Assembly (NCBI GenBank): GCA_903908245.1
Contig: CAIVRE010000020.1
Location: 2,758-66,757, forward strand
Direction of reading: 5' to 3'
Source: Candidatus Omnitrophota bacterium
Lineage (GTDB): Bacteria; Omnitrophota; Gorgyraeia; Zapsychrales; Fredricksoniimonadaceae
DNA length: 64,000 nucleotides
The position numbers and the translations under genes were made by a program. The notes beneath the pieces were generated by a model that ran no database searches, had not been told where the DNA came from, and worked only from the letters and a program-made list of their open reading frames with translations. Shown here one piece after another: positions 31,631 to 41,345 of this stretch; the first letter of the stretch is position 1, and each line of letters begins with the position of its first letter.

Positions 31631-31639
31631 TGTTGCGCT

Positions 31640-31695
31640 AGTATATCCAAGAAATTTTGAAAAAGCAATAAGATTATTAACAACTATGCTATAAT
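31640..31695. promoter_or_regulatory. Divergent promoters for rpsB (minus) and the PHP phosphatase (plus)
   Basis: Minus: TTGCTT-N17-TATACT (31668-31640). Plus: extended -10 TGCTATAAT (31687-31695). Confidence 0.6.
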
Positions 31696-31703
31696 TCCAA
31701 CTC

Positions 31704-32507
31704 ATGTTGCCGATCTCCGATTACCATATGCATACCCCCCTGTGTGGTCACGCCTCGGGAGAGCCTGCCGAATATGCCGATGCAGCCCTAAAATCCGGCC
31801 TCCAGGAGATCGGGTTCTCGGATCACGCCCCGCTCTTCTCCCACAAAGACCCGGGCATCGCAATGGACCTTTCCCAACTGCCTGGTTACCATCGCACGAT
31901 CGAGGATATCCGCGAAAAGTTTTCTGCCAGACTGACAGTCCGGATCGGGATCGAGGCTGACTATATGCCCGGCTACGAGAAAGAAACCCGTGCCATGCTG
32001 GCGGCCTATCCTTATGATTATGTGATCGGGTCCGTTCATTTCATTGCCCAATGGGGCTTCGATGACCCTATCCAGCTTATGGAATGGGACAAGAAAGATG
32101 TGAACACCATCTATCGGGAGCACTTTAAACTGATCCGGCAAAGTGCCTTGTCGGGGCTGTTCGACATCCTTGGCCATGTAGACCTTGTAAAGAAATTTGA
32201 CTTTCACCCCACTGAAGACATGTCGGAAGAGATCGAAGAAAATGCCCGCACCTTCAAGAAAGCCGGGGTTGTCGTCGAGATCAATTCTTCCGGACTCCAC
32301 AAGCCGGCGGGTGAAATATATCCGTCACAAGCCCACCTGAAAGCCTATCGCAAACAAGGAGTTCTTATCACCTTCGGATCAGATGCGCATAAACCACAGC
32401 AGGTAGGACGGGACTTTGACAAAGCGCGCGATTGGGCCCTGGCCGCAGGGTATGACAATTATGTAATGTTCGCAAAACGCAAGATCGTCAAAACTGTTAA
32501 ATTATAA
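31704..32507 (+). CDS. hisK: Histidinol-phosphatase, PHP family (HisJ/HisK type)
   Basis: DYHMHTPLCGHA, FSDHAP, GIEAD, GSVH, GSDAH. Confidence 0.8.
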   Translation: MLPISDYHMHTPLCGHASGEPAEYADAALKSGLQEIGFSDHAPLFSHKDPGIAMDLSQLPGYHRTIEDIREKFSARLTVRIGIEADYMPGYEKETRAMLAAYPYDYVIGSVHFIAQWGFDDPIQLMEWDKKDVNTIYREHFKLIRQSALSGLFDILGHVDLVKKFDFHPTEDMSEEIEENARTFKKAGVVVEINSSGLHKPAGEIYPSQAHLKAYRKQGVLITFGSDAHKPQQVGRDFDKARDWALAAGYDNYVMFAKRKIVKTVKL

Positions 32508-32518
32508 AAAGTCAGCCC

Positions 32519-33733
32519 CTACTTATATTTGTCGGAAACATATTTTTCTAATATTTCAATGAACTCTTCCTTGATCCTGTCTCCTTTTAAAACTGTCTTT
32601 TTTTCTCCATCGATATAAACAGGCGCTACCGGATCCTCAAAGGCGCCAGGCAGACTGATTCCAATATCCGCGTGCCGGCTCTCTCCCGGGCCATTGACCA
32701 CACACCCCATCACCGCGATCTTGAGCTTTTCAACACCTGGATAAGCCTTGCGCCACTGCGTCATCCGGGAAGAAACATGCTTCTGAATGTCCTGGGCAAG
32801 CGCTTGAAAATAAACGCTCTTGGTGCGCCCGCACCCCGGACAGCTTGCAATGCTCGGAATAAAATACCTGAAGCCCAGCGATTGCAAAAGCTCCTGGCAG
32901 ACTTCCACCTCGCGCGAACGGGGAGCCCCCGGTTCAGGCGTAAGAGAGACCCGGATCGTATCCCCGATCCCTTGTTCAAGCAGGACTCCCAGTGCGGCCG
33001 CACTGGACGTAATGCCTTTCACCCCGCCGCCAGCCTCGGTCAAGCCTAAATGCAACACATAATCGCACTCCCTGGACAACCGGCGGTAAACTTCGATCGT
33101 GTCCTGGACCACTGAAAGCTTGGCGCTAAGCACGAGCTTGCTCCTGGGCAGGCCGAGCTCCAGGGCATACGCGGCGCTGTCCAAAGCGCTCTGGATGACC
33201 GCGTCATACATGATCTGCTTCAAACTTTTTGGATCGGAAGCCCTTTGATTGGAATCCATCATCGTCGATAATATTTCCCTGTCCAAAGAACCCCAATTGA
33301 CCCCGATGCGGACCGCCTTTGAGTTCTTGACCGCGATCCCGATAATACGCGAAAAATTATCATCCGTTCGTGCCGCGCCGCTCACATTACCCGGATTTAT
33401 ACGATACTTATCCAATAATTCCGCAAGCTGCGGATGCTTTGCAAGAATAACATGGCCGTTAAAATGAAAATCACCGATAACAGGCGTTGCAATGCCGTTA
33501 GAGCGCAAATGACCGATGATCTTGATCGCCCCAAGGGCAGCCGCATCATCATTGATGGTCCAGCGGACCATTTCAGAACCCGCTTCGATCAGCAGAAGCG
33601 TTTGCGCCAGAGTGGCGTCCACATCGGCCGTAGGCGTATCGGTCATAGACTGGACCGCGACCGGATGGTCGCTTCCCAGCAAAAGCCCCCCGACCACAAC
33701 AGAAGGGGTTTTACGGCGGATGATTTTATGCAT
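32519..33733 (-). CDS. ispG: HMBPP synthase
   Basis: VQSMT, DFHF, RINPGN, LHLGLTEAG, GDTIRVSL, CPGCGR, MGCVVNGPGE. Confidence 0.97.
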   Translation of the reverse strand: MHKIIRRKTPSVVVGGLLLGSDHPVAVQSMTDTPTADVDATLAQTLLLIEAGSEMVRWTINDDAAALGAIKIIGHLRSNGIATPVIGDFHFNGHVILAKHPQLAELLDKYRINPGNVSGAARTDDNFSRIIGIAVKNSKAVRIGVNWGSLDREILSTMMDSNQRASDPKSLKQIMYDAVIQSALDSAAYALELGLPRSKLVLSAKLSVVQDTIEVYRRLSRECDYVLHLGLTEAGGGVKGITSSAAALGVLLEQGIGDTIRVSLTPEPGAPRSREVEVCQELLQSLGFRYFIPSIASCPGCGRTKSVYFQALAQDIQKHVSSRMTQWRKAYPGVEKLKIAVMGCVVNGPGESRHADIGISLPGAFEDPVAPVYIDGEKKTVLKGDRIKEEFIEILEKYVSDKYK

Positions 33734-33812
33734 ATCGATTTACTCCATTTTGAACAATGTTATAATCATCATACTAAAAAGAAATGAAATTGTGAACATG
33801 TTAAAGGGCTCA

Positions 33813-34733
33813 ATGCAAATCTTCCTCGCCAGGACCCAGGGTTTTTGTGCCGGCGTAGCGCGCGCCATCGATATTGTGGAACAGGCGCTCGCCCGGTACG
33901 GCTCACCGCTTTATGTATACCACGAGATCGTGCATAATACAGCGGTCGTAAACGACCTGAAAGGCCGCGGGATCATCTTCGTCGACAACATCGATGCAGT
34001 CCCCGACGGGGCCAGGCTCATCTTCAGCGCTCACGGCGTAGCCCCGGCCATCATCCATCAGACCAGGGTCAAACAGCTCAAAACAATTGATGCCACCTGC
34101 CCCCTCGTGACCAAGGTCCATGATGAAGCCGTCCGTTTCTCGACCGACGGTCTCGACGTTATCCTGATCGGGCATAAAGGCCATGAAGAAGTGGAAGGCA
34201 CCGCCGGCCATGTAACAGCCGGCCGCCTGCACATCGTCCAGAACGCAGGGGATATTGAAAAACTCGATATCCCCGCGCACCGGAAAGTCGCCTTCATCAC
34301 CCAGACCACTCTCTCGCTGGACGAAACCCGGGAACTGATCCTGCGACTGCGTGCCCGGTTCCCGAGGCTCACCGGCCCGGCCAAAGATGACATCTGCTAC
34401 GCCACCCAGAACCGGCAGGACTCCGTCAAAGAGCTCGCCGGCATCTGTGATATCATTATCATTTGCGGCTCGCCGAACAGTTCCAATTCGAACCGCCTCA
34501 GGGAAAAAGGCGAACAGCTTGGCATCCAAAGTATTATTGTCGACAACGCCAATGAACTGGACCCGGCGATCCTGAAAGGAAAACAGAATGTCGGCATCAG
34601 TTCCGGGGCCTCTGTCCCCCGCCACCTGGTAGAGGATATCGTCCACCAGATCCGAAAGGCATTTCCTGAAGCCGTCATTAAAACATTCGATAACCCTGAA
34701 AAGAACATCATCTTCCCGAGGCCGGAAATTTAA
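33813..34733 (+). CDS. ispH: HMBPP reductase
   Basis: GFCAGVARA, HEIVHN, SAHG, DATCPLV, QTTLS, DICYATQNRQ, SSNS; start 33813 or 33798. Confidence 0.95.
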   Translation: MQIFLARTQGFCAGVARAIDIVEQALARYGSPLYVYHEIVHNTAVVNDLKGRGIIFVDNIDAVPDGARLIFSAHGVAPAIIHQTRVKQLKTIDATCPLVTKVHDEAVRFSTDGLDVILIGHKGHEEVEGTAGHVTAGRLHIVQNAGDIEKLDIPAHRKVAFITQTTLSLDETRELILRLRARFPRLTGPAKDDICYATQNRQDSVKELAGICDIIIICGSPNSSNSNRLREKGEQLGIQSIIVDNANELDPAILKGKQNVGISSGASVPRHLVEDIVHQIRKAFPEAVIKTFDNPEKNIIFPRPEI

Positions 34734-34734
34734 T

Positions 34735-35688
34735 ATGGACCTTTCCTCCCTTACAAACGCAGGGATTCCCGTTGCGCCCAATGCCTTGCTGTCCGACTAC
34801 ACGACGTTCAAGCTCGGCGGCCCCTGCACGGCGCTTGTCACATGCGCCGACCGGGCCCGGTTAACAACCGCGGTCTATGCGCTGCGCAAGCGCAACATCC
34901 CTTTTATCCTGATGGGCTTTGGTTCCAATATCCTTGCCTCGGACAAAGGGATCAACGGTGTCATTATCCGTTACACCAGCGATATCCCCCTCATCACACA
35001 TAACGGCAATACCCTCACCGTTGATGCAGCCACTCAACTCGATGCGCTGGCACAATACGCGGTCAACTCGGGGCTTGACGGGATGACCACGTTTTGCGGG
35101 ATCCCCGGAACAGTAGGTGGCGCCATTGCCGGAAATGCCGGTGCCTATGGAGCGCAGATCAGCGACTCTCTGCAAAAACTGGACTTGCTTGGTCCGGACG
35201 GAAATATCACATCCGTTCCCCGCGACTGCATTCATTTTGAATACCGCGATTCTGATATCAAACATAACGATGCGATCATCCTGTCGGCGCAGTTCAAGCT
35301 TCCGTCAGGCGACATCGGTAAAATGCAGGAACTGCGTATCCATATCATTAAAGAACGGGAAAGCAAACACGGACGCTGGCAGGATAACCCGTGCGCAGGG
35401 TCCTTCTTCCGCAATATCGCGCCGACCTCGAACGCCGGCCAGCGTCAGTCTGCCGGAGGGATCATCGAACGGACCGGAGGAAAAGACCTCCGCATCGGAG
35501 GGGCTCACCCCTATCCCAAGCATGCCAATATCATTACGCGCGATAACAGCGCCAGCGCGCAGGATGTCCTCGATCTCACCTCAAAGATACAGGAACTGGT
35601 CAGGTCAAAGACCGGGATCGAGTTGATCCGCGAAGTGCGGCTGCTGGGGACATTCAACGGCCAGGGGAATGCCGACGGATTCTGGTAA
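34735..35688 (+). CDS. murB: UDP-N-acetylenolpyruvoylglucosamine reductase
   Basis: TTFKLGG, GSNIL, GIPGTVGGAIAGNAGAYG, AGSFFRN, HANII. Confidence 0.92.
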   Translation: MDLSSLTNAGIPVAPNALLSDYTTFKLGGPCTALVTCADRARLTTAVYALRKRNIPFILMGFGSNILASDKGINGVIIRYTSDIPLITHNGNTLTVDAATQLDALAQYAVNSGLDGMTTFCGIPGTVGGAIAGNAGAYGAQISDSLQKLDLLGPDGNITSVPRDCIHFEYRDSDIKHNDAIILSAQFKLPSGDIGKMQELRIHIIKERESKHGRWQDNPCAGSFFRNIAPTSNAGQRQSAGGIIERTGGKDLRIGGAHPYPKHANIITRDNSASAQDVLDLTSKIQELVRSKTGIELIREVRLLGTFNGQGNADGFW

Positions 35689-35694
35689 CACGCC

Positions 35695-37614
35695 TTACCT
35701 GCCTGATGCCTGTTTCAGTCCCTCAAGAAATGCCGCATCGATCCTGCCGCCTAATAATTCCGCTTTCTGCACGTCTATCCAGGACTTGTCATATTCTTTA
35801 AAATAATAATAAGCGAACGCCCGGTTATTATAGGCCTCTGCATTCTCGGGGCTTATTTCAATAGCCTTGCTGAAATCAGACACAGCCTGCGTAAAATCAT
35901 CTTGCTTGGCATAACTGATGCCGCGATTGTTATACGCGTCGTAATGATCCGGGATCAACCCGATAGCCTTGTTATAATCAGATATAGCGTGAATAAGATC
36001 GCCTTCTTCATCATAAAGACTGCCGCGCCTGTTATAAGCCTCCGCATAGTCGGGGTTTATTTCAATGGCCTTGTTATAATCAGACATGGCCTGTGCCAAA
36101 TTGCCCTGCTTATCGTAAGCGCTCCCACGGTTATTATACGCTATTGAAGAGCCCGGCTTTATTTCGATAGCCTTGTTAAAATCGGCCATGGCTTGAATAA
36201 AGGCTCCCTGTTTAGCGTAAATGATCCCGCGATTGTTATAAGCATCGTAATAATCAGGGGAAAGTCCAATGGCTTTATTATAATCCGCCATGGCCCGGTT
36301 GAGATCCCCTTCTTTGTCGTAGAAAAGGCCGCGCTGGGCATATGGCCTTGCCTTGTGCGGGGACTTTTGAAGAGTGTCTTCCCATAAGGTCAACTCGTCT
36401 TTCCAGACCATGTTCCGTCGGTAAGTCAATACAGCATTACAGGCCACTATCATCATCAAGGCTACGACCGTCATCTTAATGGTATTCTTCCCAAAAAGAT
36501 AATATATGCCGCTGACCAAGAAAATGCTGTACCCCACCAAGGGCAAATAAAGCCTGTGTTCAAAGATCACATCCTGGATCGGAAGAAAACTGGATTCGGG
36601 CAGTAAAGTCAGGAAAAACCAGAAGATGAAGAAAGAAACAAGCCTGTACCTGAAGAACAAGCGTTGCGCAAAAAACAGAATTGCCGTTAAAAACAAGAAC
36701 CCGAATGCGGTGGACACTTCAAAGGCACTTCTGGAGATCGAATAATCATAATCAAGATTCTGGTTAACAGGCAGGAAAACCAGCCTTATATAGGTGGATA
36801 TGACCCTGAATTGAGTTAAGAAATAATGTATAAGAGAGATCCCCGGCGCACTTTGTAATTCATGTGCCCTCTCCGCCCCTGTTTCAGTCAGTAGCATTGT
36901 TAAAGGAATAATAAATATCGTGAGCAAGAAAGGAACAAGCCGTTTCCAGTTAACACCTTTCTTTGTCTTAAAAAAGCTGAATTCATAGAACAGGATCATC
37001 AACGGCAAGGTTATGGCTATTTCCTTGGTGAACATCGCGGCCATGGCCATTATCAGTGATCCAATAAAGTAAGATCTCCCGGATCCCGCGGCGGATCCTT
37101 CCTCCTGTATCTCCCTCCACTTGATGTAGGAACATAAGGATGCTACATAGAACAAAGTCGCCATCGAAGAAGCCCGTTGCACAATATATGTCACTGACTC
37201 GGTTTGGACCGGGTGCGCAACAAAAACCAGCCCTGCCAATAAAGATATAACATTGGCATGACCTGTTATCTCCTCTTCTTTCATAGCCGGAGTGGCAAGG
37301 GTCAATAGAACAAGCCTCCAGACAAGAACAGCGGTAAGCAAATGAACCGTCAGGTTCACCAGATGATACCCGAACACATCAAGCCGGTTAAAATGATAAT
37401 TCAAAGCAATGGAAAAATAGAGGATGAAGCGCCGTGGAAGAAAATTCCAGATATTAGACAGGTCCGAAACACTTCTTATCGCAAAATTATCAATTATAGA
37501 AGATTGGTCATCCAGATGGAACGAGGAAAGGAAAGTATTGGAATATACAACGATCCCCAAACAACAAATAAAAATGATCGAGAGCGGCCGGATATACAAC
37601 GATCTCAAGATCAA
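35695..37614 (-). CDS. TMTC-like GT-C membrane protein with C-terminal TPR repeats
   Basis: FHLDD, HPVQTESVTYI, FEHRLYLP, then ~6 TPR units (AYNNRG..Y...G...QA..DFNKAIEI.P). Confidence 0.8.
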   Translation of the reverse strand: MILRSLYIRPLSIIFICCLGIVVYSNTFLSSFHLDDQSSIIDNFAIRSVSDLSNIWNFLPRRFILYFSIALNYHFNRLDVFGYHLVNLTVHLLTAVLVWRLVLLTLATPAMKEEEITGHANVISLLAGLVFVAHPVQTESVTYIVQRASSMATLFYVASLCSYIKWREIQEEGSAAGSGRSYFIGSLIMAMAAMFTKEIAITLPLMILFYEFSFFKTKKGVNWKRLVPFLLTIFIIPLTMLLTETGAERAHELQSAPGISLIHYFLTQFRVISTYIRLVFLPVNQNLDYDYSISRSAFEVSTAFGFLFLTAILFFAQRLFFRYRLVSFFIFWFFLTLLPESSFLPIQDVIFEHRLYLPLVGYSIFLVSGIYYLFGKNTIKMTVVALMMIVACNAVLTYRRNMVWKDELTLWEDTLQKSPHKARPYAQRGLFYDKEGDLNRAMADYNKAIGLSPDYYDAYNNRGIIYAKQGAFIQAMADFNKAIEIKPGSSIAYNNRGSAYDKQGNLAQAMSDYNKAIEINPDYAEAYNRRGSLYDEEGDLIHAISDYNKAIGLIPDHYDAYNNRGISYAKQDDFTQAVSDFSKAIEISPENAEAYNNRAFAYYYFKEYDKSWIDVQKAELLGGRIDAAFLEGLKQASGR

Positions 37615-37626
37615 TCCCCCTCACGT

Positions 37627-38082
37627 CTATTCCGTGGCGACCGTCTTTTCCTCATCGAGCGCGCCTTTCATCGTCCTCCACGCCAAAACAGCGCATTTGA
37701 CACGGCTGGGATATTTCCAGATACCGGAAAAAACAGTGAGCTTGCCCAAAGAATGTGCGTCCTTCTCGGGATCCAGCTCTTTGGTCAATAAATGATGGAA
37801 CTCATCGAACAAATGCCGCGCTTCATCAACGGTCTTTCCTTTGATCGAAGCCGTCATCATAGAGGCCGAGGCTTTTGAGATAGCGCAACCGTCACCGAGG
37901 AATGTCACCTCCTCGATAACGCCCCGGGGGCTCACACGCAAATACACATCGAGATGATCCCCGCACAACGGATTGTACCCTTCGGAATGATGGGTACACG
38001 GCTCAAGCTTGACATAATTCTTCGGGCGCCTGTTATGCTCCAGAATAACTTGCTGATAAAGCTCCTCGCTATGAACGCTCAC
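37627..38082 (-). CDS. sufU: SufU scaffold/sulfur-transfer protein
   Basis: NPLCGD, GDGCAISKASAS, RVKCAVLAW. Confidence 0.9.
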   Translation of the reverse strand: MSVHSEELYQQVILEHNRRPKNYVKLEPCTHHSEGYNPLCGDHLDVYLRVSPRGVIEEVTFLGDGCAISKASASMMTASIKGKTVDEARHLFDEFHHLLTKELDPEKDAHSLGKLTVFSGIWKYPSRVKCAVLAWRTMKGALDEEKTVATE

Positions 38083-39302
38083 CTGAATACTCCTATCACT
38101 TTCCGCAAAGCTCTCATGAAAATATCCAGCTCTTCTTTCGTATTATAGAACGTCAACGATGCGCGCGAAGTCGCCGGGATGCCGAACCTCTTCATCACCG
38201 GCTGGGTGCAATGATGCCCGGTGCGAATGGCAATGCCTTCACGGTCAAGAAGCGTGCCCACATCATGCGGATGCACATTCTCCAGGACAAAAGAAAAGAT
38301 CGGCGCCTTATCAGCCGCCGTCCCGATCAATTTCAGGCCGTCAACCCCCTCGAACAATTTCGTACCGTAAGTGCAAAGCTCCTTTTTATAAACAATAATA
38401 TCCGCCCAACCAAGGCCCGTCACATAATCAATGGACGCGCCCAGGCCAATAACGCCGGCCACATTGGGTGTGCCAGCCTCGAATTTATGCGGAAGCCGGT
38501 TATAGATCGTTTTTTCAAAAGTCACGCTCAGGATCATGTCGCCACCGCCCTGATAAGGCGGCATGCTGTCAAGTAAATGCTCTTTCCCATAAAGGACCCC
38601 GACACCGGTCGGACCGTAAAGCTTGTGGCCAGAGAAAACACAGAAGTCAACATCCAGATCCTGCACATCGATCGGTTCGTGAGAGATGCCCTGTGCCGAA
38701 TCAAGGACAAAAACAGCTCCGACCGCGTGGGCATCCCGGATCATCCCCTTCACAGGATTGACCGTCCCGAGAGAATTGGACACATGAACGATCGAGACGA
38801 TCTTTGTCCTCGATGACAACAACTTGCGGTATTCTTCAAGAATGATCTCGCCCCGGTCATTGATGGGCGCCACCTTGATAACGCACCCTGTCATCTCCCG
38901 TACCATCTGCCAGGGAACGATATTCGCGTGATGCTCCATGGTTGACAAAAGGATCTCATCTCCGGGCTTCAGGAAAGGACGGGCATAACTCTGCGCCAGC
39001 AAATTCAGCGATTCAGTAGCCCCCTTGGTGAAAACAACCTCCGAAAGGCTTTTGGCATTGAGCAGCCGCCTGACTTTATCGCGCGCTGCCTCATACTCAG
39101 CAGTAGCCTCCTCACTCAAATAATGAACACCACGGTGAATATTGGATGTCCGGTGGCAATAATGATGATGAGTCTGTGAAATGACCTGACAGGGTTTGAA
39201 CGTCGTTGCCGCATTATCAAAATAGATGAGCGGCTTATCGTCCCGGCCTCGCGCCGCAAGGTTCGGAAAATCTTTTCGTACTTTTTCAATATCGAGAGCC
39301 AT
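38079..39302 (-). CDS. sufS: Cysteine desulfurase
   Basis: YFDNAATT, FSGHKLYGPTG, RTGHHCTQP. Confidence 0.95.
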   Translation of the reverse strand: MALDIEKVRKDFPNLAARGRDDKPLIYFDNAATTFKPCQVISQTHHHYCHRTSNIHRGVHYLSEEATAEYEAARDKVRRLLNAKSLSEVVFTKGATESLNLLAQSYARPFLKPGDEILLSTMEHHANIVPWQMVREMTGCVIKVAPINDRGEIILEEYRKLLSSRTKIVSIVHVSNSLGTVNPVKGMIRDAHAVGAVFVLDSAQGISHEPIDVQDLDVDFCVFSGHKLYGPTGVGVLYGKEHLLDSMPPYQGGGDMILSVTFEKTIYNRLPHKFEAGTPNVAGVIGLGASIDYVTGLGWADIIVYKKELCTYGTKLFEGVDGLKLIGTAADKAPIFSFVLENVHPHDVGTLLDREGIAIRTGHHCTQPVMKRFGIPATSRASLTFYNTKEELDIFMRALRKVIGVFR

Positions 39303-39305
39303 GGA

Positions 39306-40595
39306 TCATCCCTTCATTAAAGCTTTACGGATCAGCGGATGGCTGACCGTTGAAAGCACATCATCCATAAAACCACGCACAAGCATGCCCACCGAATCTT
39401 CCCGCCCGACAGCACGGGTCTGCAGATAGAACAACTGCTCTTCGTCAAGCTGACTGATAGTCGCACCGTGGGTACACTTGACATCATCCGCCATGATCTC
39501 CAGCTGAGGCTTGGTATCAACACGGCATTCACGGCTTAAAAGCAGGTTCTTGTTAAGCTGATATGAACTTGTTTTCTGCGCATCCCGACGGACAAAGACC
39601 CTGCCATTAAAAACGGAATGCGCCGCATCATATAAAATGCATTTATACAACTGATCGCTCTTTGTATCCGGCGCAAGATGCTCAAGGAATGTATGGCTGT
39701 CCGCGTGCGCTTCGGCATGAAGATCGTGCAGGCCATTGATCTGCGCCGAAGCTCCTGCACCCTCAAGCATGACACTGATATTACTGCGGAATATCCCGGC
39801 GCCGGTCGTTGACATCATGGACTTGAACGAGCTGTCGCTTTTCTGCCATACCCGCACCGCACCGATATACGATGATCCAACGGACTGGAGGTGGCGTTCG
39901 CCGTATTCCAACCCGCCCCCTGCCTCAAGGACGATATCTGTCACCGGGACATTCAACTGCGGCCCCCCCGTCAATGATGACAGGGACAAGTAAGACTGAA
40001 GAACATTCAATGCAGCCCCCTGGCCGACACGGATGAAAATACGGGGAAAAACAACAACTCCCGGCGATGTAACAACATTAAGGATATGAACAAGGCCTTG
40101 CGCTGTCGTCCCCGGCTTAACAAGAATTGCCAGCGGATCTTGCAAGAACTGACGGTTCAACCGGCAGAAAAGTTCCGCATCATTACGGGTCACCGCGCTG
40201 AAATACTGCCGGCCGTCCTTAAACACATCATAAGCGGCACCCCCGGATAACAGAGTGACCCCTGCGAAGCCCTCCGCCGGCAAAGAAGACACCTCGCCGG
40301 CATAATGACCATTGAGGACCAGGACATTGCGCGCGCCATCGATCAGAAAAGGTTTCAATTGCTCCGGGATAACCCCGTCAAGACGCTCCACCAGATCAAA
40401 AGACCGGCGCCAGAGTGAAGTCAACGGCGTATATTTCCATTCTTCATCCCTGAACGACGGCAACTCAAAGGAATCCAGCCAGCACGCATCGATCCGACGG
40501 GCCTCCTTAAGCCACAACGGAATGTCCTCAAAAGCCCCGGACTCAGAGGCCTTGAACGACGCTAAGAATGGCGTGGACGCAAGCAACTGTGTCAT
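39306..40595 (-). CDS. sufD: Fe-S assembly protein SufD
   Basis: EEWKYT, DTKPQLEIMADDVKCTHGAT. Confidence 0.92.
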   Translation of the reverse strand: MTQLLASTPFLASFKASESGAFEDIPLWLKEARRIDACWLDSFELPSFRDEEWKYTPLTSLWRRSFDLVERLDGVIPEQLKPFLIDGARNVLVLNGHYAGEVSSLPAEGFAGVTLLSGGAAYDVFKDGRQYFSAVTRNDAELFCRLNRQFLQDPLAILVKPGTTAQGLVHILNVVTSPGVVVFPRIFIRVGQGAALNVLQSYLSLSSLTGGPQLNVPVTDIVLEAGGGLEYGERHLQSVGSSYIGAVRVWQKSDSSFKSMMSTTGAGIFRSNISVMLEGAGASAQINGLHDLHAEAHADSHTFLEHLAPDTKSDQLYKCILYDAAHSVFNGRVFVRRDAQKTSSYQLNKNLLLSRECRVDTKPQLEIMADDVKCTHGATISQLDEEQLFYLQTRAVGREDSVGMLVRGFMDDVLSTVSHPLIRKALMKG

Positions 40596-41344
40596 TTTAC
40601 CAACCAGTCATATCCCCTGTTCTCAACCTCAAGCGCCAGCTCCGGCCCGCCGGACTTGATAATGCGGCCCTTTAAAAGCACATGCACAAAATCCGGCTTA
40701 ATGTAATTAAGCAACCGCTGATAATGTGTAATAACGATCATGGCGTTCGTCTTGTTCCGGAGCTTGTTCACACCGGAAGAGACGATCTTCATCGAATCGA
40801 CATCCAGCCCCGAGTCGGTCTCGTCAAGCACCGCCAGGCGCGGATTAAGGACCGCCATCTGAAGGATCTCGTTGCGCTTTTTCTCACCGCCGGAAAAATC
40901 CACATTGACCGCACGATCGATGAACTTGTCATCCATATCGAGGGCCTTCATCTTTTCATGAAGAAAAACATCAAAGTCCATAGGGTCCATTTCCTCCACG
41001 CCATGATGACGACAGACCGCATTGTACGCCGCGCGAAGGAACATGGACGTCGGAACGCCCGGGACTTCCACCGGATACTGAAAAGCCAGGAACACGCCCT
41101 CCTTGGCACGCACATCAGGCTCAAGGCCAAGCAGATCAAAACTCCTGCCACCCGGATCATATTCGACTGAACCGCTATCCACCGTATACTGCGGATTTCC
41201 CGCCAGGATCTTGGAAAGCGTGCTTTTCCCGGATCCGTTCGGCCCCATGATCGCATGCACCTCGCCGGGATTGACCTGCAACGTCAACCCTTTGAGTATC
41301 TGGGTGCCTTCAACACTCGCGAAAAGGTCCTTGATCTTTAACAT
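40592..41344 (-). CDS. sufC: Fe-S assembly ATPase SufC
   Basis: MGPNGSGKST, FSGGEKKRNE, LDETDSGLD. Confidence 0.95.
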   Translation of the reverse strand: MLKIKDLFASVEGTQILKGLTLQVNPGEVHAIMGPNGSGKSTLSKILAGNPQYTVDSGSVEYDPGGRSFDLLGLEPDVRAKEGVFLAFQYPVEVPGVPTSMFLRAAYNAVCRHHGVEEMDPMDFDVFLHEKMKALDMDDKFIDRAVNVDFSGGEKKRNEILQMAVLNPRLAVLDETDSGLDVDSMKIVSSGVNKLRNKTNAMIVITHYQRLLNYIKPDFVHVLLKGRIIKSGGPELALEVENRGYDWLVK

Positions 41345-41345
41345 A

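Noticed and set aside
33516-33797. N-terminal extension of the 405-aa ORF containing ispH
   Set aside because: It overlaps ispG on the opposite strand; IspH homology starts at MQIFLA (33813)
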